DNA of 64,000 nt from Minisyncoccia bacterium. Its GTDB lineage: Bacteria; Patescibacteriota; Minisyncoccia; Phycocordibacterales; UBA9973. The stretch covers positions 580,291 to 644,290 of the forward strand of contig CBFHKH010000001.1 in assembly GCA_965656375.1 (NCBI GenBank), given 5' to 3'. The translations under genes were made by a program, and so were the position numbers. The notes beneath the pieces are model-generated. The model ran no database searches. It had not been told where the DNA came from and saw only the letters and a program-made list of their open reading frames with translations. Every line of letters starts with the position of its first letter. Positions within the stretch are counted from its first letter, which is position 1. Positions 56,912-64,000 of this stretch are shown here, piece by piece.

Positions 56912-58642
56912 ATGACTAATCAAACCTGCAACACATGCGCTAAAGAATTTGAGGTCACAAATGATGATCTGGCCTTTTATGATCAAATGAAGGTTGAAAT
57001 ACCTAGTTTTTGCTCGGAATGCAGGCTCTTGCAGCGTCTTATATGGAGAAACGAAAAGACACTCTATCGCAGAGAGTGTGACATGTGTCATAGGCAGATG
57101 ATATCAATCTATAGTCTAGATTCAGAATACACTGTCTACTGTCGTGAATGCTTTCATTCTGATAACTGGGATCCTCAGTCTTTTGGCAGACAAATAGACT
57201 TTTCCCGTCCATTCCTTGAACAATTTCGCGCGCTTCAATTACAAGTTCCTCGAATTTCTTCTTTCGTATTCCAAAATACAAAGAGTGAATATGTAAACGG
57301 AGCAGCGTATAATAAGAATTGCTATATGATCTTCAGAAGCGATAATAATGAGGATCTACTCTTTAGTTATTCGACATCGAACTCTCGTTCATCGTCAGAT
57401 CTTTTAAATTCTACCGAGTGTAACATGTGCTATGGTTGCGTCGGATGTATCAAATGCTATCGCACGATATATTCCGAGGATTGTTCAGCTTCGCAAAACT
57501 TGATCGCATGTAAAAATTGTATAAACTGCCAGGATTGCATAGGGTGTGTTAATTTGCACAATGTTCAATACGCGATTTTTAATGAGATCTATACAAAAGA
57601 AGAGTATCTAAAGAAATCCAAAGAACTTGGATTAGAATCTCGAATTAATCTTTCTTCACTCCAGAAGAAAATAAATGAGTTCCAAGCAAAATTTCCAGTA
57701 AAATATTTACATGGGTTGAAAAATGTGGAAGTTTCGGGAGATTATATCTTGAATTCAAAGAATGCTCATATAGTGTTTGATTCGCAAGAATTAGAAAACT
57801 GTAAGTTTATAAATCATGGTGAACATGCGAAAGATTCATATGACTCTTATGTCCTTGTAGATAAAAGTGAACGATCATACAATGTGATAAGCGGAATTGC
57901 TTTAAATACTGTACTCTCGGGGAATTGCATTTGGCATGGGTATAATATCTCCTATTCGGACACCTGCGAAAATTCTCATGATCTTTTTGGTTGTGTCGGA
58001 TTAAGGAAAAAGGAATACTGTATTTTGAATACACAATATACAAAAGAAGAATACGAAGCGCTTGTCCTAAAAATAATCGAGAACATGAGAAGCATGCCAT
58101 TTAGTGATGGAAAAGTAGATTATCAATATGGAGATCCATTACCAGCGACCTTCTCTCCGTTTGCATACAATGAAACAGTCGCTCATGAATATTTTCCTTC
58201 CGATAAGGAAAAAGCGGAACACAGAGGATTTTCTTGGAAAGAAGGAGAAAAGAAAAAGTATGAGGCAACCTTAGAAGGGAACTCTACTCCGGACGAGATA
58301 AAGAATGTAGAAGACTCAATTGTCAAAGAGATCATTGCTTGTGCTCATAGAAATAATTGTGCTCACCAGTGTACAGATGCTTTTAAAATAACAGAGGATG
58401 AATTACACTTATACAGAAGGATCAACATCCCACTTCCTACCTTGTGTTTTAATTGTAGAAATGGAGAGCGGATTGAGAAACGCAATCCATGCAAGCTATG
58501 GCTACGGTCATGCATGTGTACCATAGAAAACCACCACAATCACAAGGGAGCAACTTGTATGGAAGAATTTGAAACAAGCTATGCTCCAGACCGAAAAGAA
58601 ATCGTGTATTGTGAATCATGTTATCAGCAGGAAGTATCTTAA
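56912..58642 (+). CDS. cysteine-rich paralog D, unknown function
   Basis: 576 aa. Begins MTNQTCNTCAKEFEVTNDDLAFYDQMKVEIPSFCSECRLLQRL and ends YCESCYQQEVS. Modules NCINCQDCIGCVNLHNVQYAIFNEIYTKEEY and DLFGCVGLRKKEYCILNTQYTKEEY. Confidence 0.8.
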   Translation: MTNQTCNTCAKEFEVTNDDLAFYDQMKVEIPSFCSECRLLQRLIWRNEKTLYRRECDMCHRQMISIYSLDSEYTVYCRECFHSDNWDPQSFGRQIDFSRPFLEQFRALQLQVPRISSFVFQNTKSEYVNGAAYNKNCYMIFRSDNNEDLLFSYSTSNSRSSSDLLNSTECNMCYGCVGCIKCYRTIYSEDCSASQNLIACKNCINCQDCIGCVNLHNVQYAIFNEIYTKEEYLKKSKELGLESRINLSSLQKKINEFQAKFPVKYLHGLKNVEVSGDYILNSKNAHIVFDSQELENCKFINHGEHAKDSYDSYVLVDKSERSYNVISGIALNTVLSGNCIWHGYNISYSDTCENSHDLFGCVGLRKKEYCILNTQYTKEEYEALVLKIIENMRSMPFSDGKVDYQYGDPLPATFSPFAYNETVAHEYFPSDKEKAEHRGFSWKEGEKKKYEATLEGNSTPDEIKNVEDSIVKEIIACAHRNNCAHQCTDAFKITEDELHLYRRINIPLPTLCFNCRNGERIEKRNPCKLWLRSCMCTIENHHNHKGATCMEEFETSYAPDRKEIVYCESCYQQEVS

Positions 58643-58644
58643 TT

Positions 58645-60330
58645 ATGATAAAACAAAATTGTAAAACATGTTCGAAAGAGTTTGAGATACGTGATGAAGA
58701 CGTAGTGTTTTATGAGCAGATGAAGAGCCCGATGCCACAATATTGTCCTGATTGTCGAATGATGCGAAGACTCGCATTTCGCAACGAACGAACATTGTAC
58801 AAGAGAGCGTGTGATCTTTGTAAAACTGATGGAGTATCGCTATATCCAGCAGGTACACCATTCCCAGTATACTGCCATAAATGCTGGTGGAGTGATAAAT
58901 GGGATCCACGAAGTTTCGCTATGGAGTATGATTCATCCCGACCATTTCTCGATCAATTCAAAGAATTGCAAAGTAAAGTTCCGCGAATTGCACTCTTAGT
59001 CATTGATTCTGTACGATCCGACTATACAAACAATGCAGGAGAAAATAAGGACTGCTATCTGATATTTGCAGCCGAGAATAACGAAGATTGTATGTATGGA
59101 CGCCTTGTACAGAGATGCAAAGGATGTAACGATTGCGCTTTTACCTATGACTCAGAATTATGCTATGAATGCATTGATTGCCGTTCATGCTTCAAATGTA
59201 TGTATAGCGAGCAATGTCAGTCTTCAAGCGACCTATTATTCTGCTACAACATGCGAGACTCGCAAAATTGTATTTTATGTACAAATGGCAGGCATGTTTC
59301 GTACTCGATACTCAATGTAAAATATACAAAGGAGGAGTTTGAAAAAAGAAAAGGAGAGATTCTCTCAAGCTATGAGAATATTGAGAAAGCAAAGAAAGAG
59401 TACGCCGAACTCAAGAACCAATGTATTGTAAAAAATGCGTGGCAGACAAAGTGCCACAATACAACAGGGGACTATATGTATAACTGCTACGATGGGATAC
59501 GGCTTTTCGATGTATCGGATGCAAAGAATTGCTCATATATGGCTGACAGTATGGATGTAAAAGACTCTATGGATTGCAATAACTTTTATATAAAGTGTGA
59601 ATTTGAATACGATATGATGGGAGTACTGGGTGGATCTAAAAATAAACATGGTTTTTATGTGATGTGGTGTACGAATACAGAATATTGTGATTCATGTTAT
59701 CACTCAAATGATCTTTTTGGATGTATCAGACTCAATAAAGAAAGTTATTCAATTTTAAATAAGAAATACTCAAAAGAAGAGTATGAGATACTGCGTGATC
59801 AAATCATTGAAGCAATGAAAGCTGACGGATCATACGGGCAATTTTTCCCTTCGTCTTTATCTCCATTTGGTTACAACGAGACTCTTGCAAAAGAATATTT
59901 CCCGCTTACACGCGATGAAGCAATAGAGAAGGGATTTCGCTGGCAAGAGCAAAACACAGGAACATTTGGAAAAGAAACGATGAATGAAGATGCAATTCCT
60001 AAAACAGTAGAAAATATACAAGACTCAATCCTAGGAGATATACTTGCATGTAACGAATGTGGGAAAAATTTCAAAATTACACAGATGGAACTCGATTTCT
60101 ATAAGAGAATGGATGTTCCGCTGCCACACAAAGATTTCGAATGCCGGCATCAAGATCGAATGAAAAAAAGAAATCCACGAGCTCTCTGGTTACGTTCTTG
60201 TATGTGCGATAAGGAAAATCATGTGAATCATGGTAGAGCAGTGTGTGCTGAAAGATTTGAAACGAGTTACTCTCCAGATCGTACGGAGATACTATATTGC
60301 GAATCATGTTATCAGCAAGAAATATCATAA
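58645..60330 (+). CDS. cysteine-rich paralog E, unknown function
   Basis: Start placed at MIKQNCKTCSKEF, 2 nt after the paralog D stop; the track ORF starts at 58618 and overlaps D. Begins ...FYEQMKSPMPQYCPDCRMMRRLAFRNERTLYKRACDLCK and ends YCESCYQQEIS. Modules ...YSILNVKYTKEEF and DLFGCIRLNKESYSILNKKYSKEEY. Confidence 0.8.
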   Translation: MIKQNCKTCSKEFEIRDEDVVFYEQMKSPMPQYCPDCRMMRRLAFRNERTLYKRACDLCKTDGVSLYPAGTPFPVYCHKCWWSDKWDPRSFAMEYDSSRPFLDQFKELQSKVPRIALLVIDSVRSDYTNNAGENKDCYLIFAAENNEDCMYGRLVQRCKGCNDCAFTYDSELCYECIDCRSCFKCMYSEQCQSSSDLLFCYNMRDSQNCILCTNGRHVSYSILNVKYTKEEFEKRKGEILSSYENIEKAKKEYAELKNQCIVKNAWQTKCHNTTGDYMYNCYDGIRLFDVSDAKNCSYMADSMDVKDSMDCNNFYIKCEFEYDMMGVLGGSKNKHGFYVMWCTNTEYCDSCYHSNDLFGCIRLNKESYSILNKKYSKEEYEILRDQIIEAMKADGSYGQFFPSSLSPFGYNETLAKEYFPLTRDEAIEKGFRWQEQNTGTFGKETMNEDAIPKTVENIQDSILGDILACNECGKNFKITQMELDFYKRMDVPLPHKDFECRHQDRMKKRNPRALWLRSCMCDKENHVNHGRAVCAERFETSYSPDRTEILYCESCYQQEIS

Positions 60331-60331
60331 T

Positions 60332-60355
60332 AAAAATCCCCTTTAGGGGATTTTT
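60332..60355. terminator. bidirectional terminator after paralog E
   Basis: aaaaatcccc ttta ggggattttt. Confidence 0.7.
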
Positions 60356-60635
60356 ATATTTTCTTTTTTACTGTCTTTTTTGTAGTAGCTTTTTTCTTTA
60401 CTTTGGCTGCAGGCTTTGGAGAATGAGGGGCTGTTTCAAGAGTGATAAGTGGAGGATCAAGGTCAACACTACTTTTTTTCTTTATTACCTTCTTCTTGGT
60501 TGTTTTCTTTTTTGCTGTTGTCTTTGAGGTTGTCTTTGTCGTCGCAGCAAATGCAGTACTTGGAATCAAAGCAGTCGAGGTGAAAGCGAAGCTAATGATG
60601 AGAGAAAATATAAATGTAAGTGTTTTATTCTTCAT
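60354..60635 (-). CDS. small exported Lys/Thr-rich basic protein
   Basis: 93 aa. Signal peptide, then TTKTTSKTTAKKKTTKKKVIKKK... low-complexity basic repeats. Confidence 0.4.
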   Translation of the reverse strand: MKNKTLTFIFSLIISFAFTSTALIPSTAFAATTKTTSKTTAKKKTTKKKVIKKKSSVDLDPPLITLETAPHSPKPAAKVKKKATTKKTVKKKI

Positions 60636-60638
60636 ATA

Positions 60639-61805
60639 TTAAAAATCTGAGCTTGTGTTGCCTTTCTTGAGACTAGCATAGGGATTCTTCATACCACGGG
60701 CACTCAAGTGTGTATGATTTCCAGTCGAGCTTCCAGTTGTTCCGACGAGACCGATTATCTCTCCTTGCTTCACTTTTTGTCCGGCAACAGCAATAACTTT
60801 GCTCATGTGACCAAAGAGCATCTGTCCACCTTCATCAAAGTTCAAAACGACATACTCCCCATACCCACCATTGTATCCAACCCCGTCAGCAATAAGCACG
60901 GTTGCATCCTTGATGGCATAGATCGGGGTACCTTTTGGTGCGGCAATATCATATGCATTATCATCATGAAGACCTTGAGAAACCCGACCAATTCCAGCTG
61001 GGAACGGCCATATAAATCCATTTGTAGAAGGCGTTGTTGATGTTTGTGGTGTTTGAGGCTCTACTTGAACATTCACACTTGCGTCTGGAGTGATAGGTGT
61101 AGAGGCAGAAACTGCAATTTCTTTTTCAGGAACTTTTACTTCCACTATTTGCTCTTTTTTCGCTGGCTTTTCCGCTATAACAGGCTTCTCACCACCGGGA
61201 ATGACTATAGTATCACCGACCTGTAGATCAGAAGAATTCTCAAGATCGTTGTATTCAAGAATATCTTTTGTTGTAGCGCTGTATTTCTTCGCGAGACTCG
61301 AGACAGTGTCGCCCTTCTTAACCGTATAAGCTACTCCGTCGATAGGAAGAATAACAAGGACCTGACCGACGGTTACCGTACCCTTTGCATTCAAAGAATC
61401 ATTTGATTTGATAAGAGTATTCTTGGAAATACCAAGGTTTTTAGCAATTTTTTCGATTGTATCGCCCTTTTTAACTGTATACGTAGTAATTTCTGCTGAG
61501 GTAGCATATTGCTTACTAATGGAATCCGTTCCGATAGGTCCGTTTGAAGCAAGAGCCTCGTCTTCGATTATCGTAACAGTCGGCGCTGCTTCCTGGATAC
61601 TCTTTACGTCCGGATTGAGAGAAGCTTCTGGTAACGGAAGTGTCTGAGAATTATGAACAATAGCATTTGGATCAATCGGTAGTTCGGCTGCTTGAATTTC
61701 TGGCTTGAAAACTTTTACCAAATCAGAAAAAAAGCCAGCATAGGTATATGTTGGCATACTGATAGTAACGAGTATGAGTAGCAAAGAAAAAGAAACCTTT
61801 CGCAT
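60639..61805 (-). CDS. LysM-domain M23-family peptidoglycan peptidase
   Basis: 388 aa. Signal/anchor, two LysM repeats (YTVKKGDTIEKIAKNLGIS...; YTVKKGDTVSSLAKKYSATTKDILEYNDL...VGDTIVIP) and C-terminal M23 motifs (HxxxD-like GLHDDNAYD region; GTTGSSTGNHTHLS). Confidence 0.8.
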   Translation of the reverse strand: MRKVSFSLLLILVTISMPTYTYAGFFSDLVKVFKPEIQAAELPIDPNAIVHNSQTLPLPEASLNPDVKSIQEAAPTVTIIEDEALASNGPIGTDSISKQYATSAEITTYTVKKGDTIEKIAKNLGISKNTLIKSNDSLNAKGTVTVGQVLVILPIDGVAYTVKKGDTVSSLAKKYSATTKDILEYNDLENSSDLQVGDTIVIPGGEKPVIAEKPAKKEQIVEVKVPEKEIAVSASTPITPDASVNVQVEPQTPQTSTTPSTNGFIWPFPAGIGRVSQGLHDDNAYDIAAPKGTPIYAIKDATVLIADGVGYNGGYGEYVVLNFDEGGQMLFGHMSKVIAVAGQKVKQGEIIGLVGTTGSSTGNHTHLSARGMKNPYASLKKGNTSSDF

Positions 61806-62184
61806 AGAAGGCTTGATAAATAAAGCTATTTTCGTCCAGTAGCCCCGTTTCGGCAGGGGAACGTCGCTGGAGTCTATTATTTGAGGTTTAATAAGACTAA
61901 TTAAGTAATCACACGGGAATCACCCCATCTGGGAATTACAGTACGACCACAAATGTGAGGGCTGTAATTATCTAATGATTCGAGCGCGATTGTTACGATC
62001 TCTACGGTAATACTTGCAATATAAAGCTTTTCTGTCGTTCTGTAGGCTAGGTCACCTCTATAGAGTAGACCTAAATATAAGGGTATCGTATATATATGGG
62101 TGAGTCAACAAAGTAGTACACAGGTAGTCCACACCATTGTCATCGTCCAAGTAAAACCTATATATAGGTACATTTTACAGACTT

Positions 62185-62214
62185 TTGACACAATTAGTGT
62201 AATTGTGGTATAAT
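62185..62214 (+). promoter_or_regulatory. sigma70-like promoter upstream of partial gene 62294->
   Basis: TTGACA, 18-nt spacer, TATAAT. A second TG-extended -10 (TGTATAAT) lies at about 62273-62280, only ~13 nt before the ATG. Confidence 0.45.
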
Positions 62215-62293
62215 TTATAAGTATAATTCTAAAACTAGATTTGACGCATTAGCTTCTTTCGAAGAAAAAAATGTATAATGAGGAAACTAGAGT

Positions 62294-64000
62294 ATGAACT
62301 CTTCAAATACAAAACTAAATGATCCTCCATTAAATACTTCTACCGAAGAGATTGAGAAAGTAGGAGTCGTAGATGAATCAGAAACGGAGGATGCATCCGT
62401 AGAAAATACAACAACTAGTCCTCAAGAAAAACCAGCTGAGAAAAAAGAAAATAGAACTCCGGAAGCAATCAGAAAAGATCTGGATGAAGCTCGTGAAGCT
62501 TACTCAAAAGAATTAAAAAAATGCCTCGCTAAAATGCGCGAGAAGGTTACCATAGATAAGATCCGAACCAAAACAATGAACATTTTCACAAAGGCAGAAA
62601 ATGCTCTTTGGAGTGAAAAGAAAGAATTAGCGAAAGCAAAAGAATATAAAGAAGAAGATTTTTATACCAAGGAACATAACGATTTACGGAAGGAATATAT
62701 ACAAGCCAAAAAAGATCTTGCCGCAAAACTCATGCATGATAAAACAGCAGAACTCGAAGCTGCTGGCTTTAAGGGTGAGGAACTTGAAAAAGCACTCACA
62801 CGCTACAAGGCAACTGGTGTTTTCAATGAAACTATCTTTGATGAGCGCCAACGGCTTATAGACGAGAGAGCAAAAGCTAATAAAAATATTTTCACAAAGA
62901 CATGGCATGCATATAAAAATATGCCACGTCATTACAAAGTATTGCTGACTACGACAGTACTTCTACCACTTTCTACAACAACAGGGCTGGGCGCAATCGC
63001 TGCTGCAAAGTATGGGGTTGGAGCAATGTTCGCTGGTAAAGCACTCTCAAGCTATGCGATAGGAGGGTTGACGACAGGAGTCACCGCAAAAATATTTGAT
63101 AAAGTCTATGGTAAGAAAAATAAATTATTCGAGGAAAAACAGGCAGAAAAATATGAGAGTCTCAATAATGATTTTGTATATGGAAGAATACAAGAAAGTA
63201 AATATATTCATGACAAAAACATTCTTGCAAAAGAGAGCAAAGTGCGCGCTCGAAATCAAGCAATAGCAAAAGCAGCTACAAGTATATTTATAGGTATGGG
63301 AGCTGGTATAACCTCAAATGCTACTATCGGAAATGCATTTGATTTACATGCAGACTCTGCAGTTGGAGCGGTACATCATTCAGGAGTAGCATTTGAACAT
63401 CCTACATCTTCATCTTCTATAGACAATACTCATGGTGATACACTGAAAGTACACACAGGAGTCATAAAAGAACCAGATGCTACTCTCGCAAAGAATATAT
63501 CTGTTAAACCTTCCGTAGAAGCACAAGATATACCGACAGGGTCGAGTACTGAGGCACAGGATATTCCAACTGGTCCTGAAGTAGAGGAGGTTAAAAGTAT
63601 TTCTCCTACAAGAGGTATCTACGAAACAGGAGGACAAGGGAGTATTTCGCCAACACAAGGTATCTACGAGCCTACTACTATACACGATATTCCATCTGGG
63701 CAATCAGTCCAAGAAATACAAACTGAGGTTGATTTTAAAAACGCACAAGATATACCGACGGGACCTGATTCAAACGTACCTACAACATCTTCTGAACCAA
63801 CCGATATAAAAATAAATACAAGCGGGGCAAAAGATATCCCAACTGGACCTACGAGCACTGAGGCACAAGATATACCGACAGGACCCGCAACAGAAGCATC
63901 TGGACAAAATATTACTGAGCAGTCAGGTATAAAACCTGTTGTTGATACCGAACATGCGAAACCTATTCCTACAGGAACAACAGAGGGAGTAGGAGACGCA
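62294..64000 (+). CDS. large membrane or surface protein with DIPTGP repeats, 3' end beyond the window
   Basis: Reading frame open from the ATG at 62294 to the window edge (manual translation). Charged coiled-coil-like N-terminus, two hydrophobic helices (LLTTTVLLPLSTTTGLGAIAAAKYGVGAMFAGKALSSYAIGGLTTGVTA), then repeated (A/K)QDIPTGP / KDIPTGP units. Not in the ORF track because no in-window stop. Confidence 0.5.
   Translation, partial: MNSSNTKLNDPPLNTSTEEIEKVGVVDESETEDASVENTTTSPQEKPAEKKENRTPEAIRKDLDEAREAYSKELKKCLAKMREKVTIDKIRTKTMNIFTKAENALWSEKKELAKAKEYKEEDFYTKEHNDLRKEYIQAKKDLAAKLMHDKTAELEAAGFKGEELEKALTRYKATGVFNETIFDERQRLIDERAKANKNIFTKTWHAYKNMPRHYKVLLTTTVLLPLSTTTGLGAIAAAKYGVGAMFAGKALSSYAIGGLTTGVTAKIFDKVYGKKNKLFEEKQAEKYESLNNDFVYGRIQESKYIHDKNILAKESKVRARNQAIAKAATSIFIGMGAGITSNATIGNAFDLHADSAVGAVHHSGVAFEHPTSSSSIDNTHGDTLKVHTGVIKEPDATLAKNISVKPSVEAQDIPTGSSTEAQDIPTGPEVEEVKSISPTRGIYETGGQGSISPTQGIYEPTTIHDIPSGQSVQEIQTEVDFKNAQDIPTGPDSNVPTTSSEPTDIKINTSGAKDIPTGPTSTEAQDIPTGPATEASGQNITEQSGIKPVVDTEHAKPIPTGTTEGVGDA

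Noticed and set aside
56912-60330. Cytochrome c (CxxCH) or ferredoxin-type 4Fe-4S interpretation of the cysteine-rich family
   Set aside because: CxxCH occurs once, in paralog D only, and is not conserved. No CxxCxxCxxxCP spacing and no CxxxCxxC radical-SAM motif. The conserved spacing is the 6-residue C-x-x-C-x ladder, which fits none of these cofactor signatures.

Overview
This AT-rich 64-kb window reads like a small-genome, host-dependent bacterium, probably Candidate Phyla Radiation (Patescibacteria) — an inference. The evidence: rpmD (L30) is absent from the ribosomal cluster, S14 is the zinc-binding type Z, many small exported proteins of unknown function are present, salvage genes (hpt, upp, pyrH, adk, ppa) are abundant, and Shine-Dalgarno sequences are weak. 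The backbone is housekeeping, all on the minus strand: tuf-rpsJ-rplC-rplD-rplW-rplB, then rpsS-rplV-rpsC-rplP-rpsQ-rplN-rplX-rplE, then rpsZ-rpsH-rplF-rplR-rpsE-rplO-secY-adk-pyrH ... map. Other housekeeping genes are nusA, ppa, tig-clpP, rny, hup, zupT, a four-tRNA cluster with cca, xth, xerC/D, rpsO, pnp and comM. The ribosomal superoperon is cut by insertions in three places. (1) A partial pyrimidine island, pyrD-pyrC-pyrE on the plus strand and pyrF plus dgkA on the minus strand, sits between rplB and rpsS; each gene has its own terminator. (2) Two small exported or membrane proteins sit between rplE and rpsZ, with a terminator after rplE and a new promoter before rpsZ. (3) Two large cysteine-rich proteins sit between pyrH and map. 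The most striking feature is a five-member paralogous family of ~565-585-aa cytoplasmic proteins with about 8% cysteine, at three loci: 1884-5326 (tandem pair), 40345-42042, and 56912-60330 (tandem pair). Each protein has near-identical Cys4 zinc-ribbon-like modules at both ends, conserved as C-x2-C ... FY-x-K ... P-x-P-x-C-x-x-C-R ... RR. Between them are two internal modules of [DN]-C-x-x-C-x hexapeptide cysteine ladders, each closed by G-C-x-x-L-[RK]-x3-Y-C-I-F-N-x-Q-Y-T-K-E-E-Y. I cannot place this family in any characterised family. Also notable: an HNH endonuclease gene wedged between tRNA genes with a tRNA-Pro 3'-half remnant nearby, a cluster of exported surface proteins, and several structured leaders and palindromes. 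Coordinates of features not in the ORF track (tRNAs, hairpins, promoters) were read by eye and may be off by 1-2 nt.
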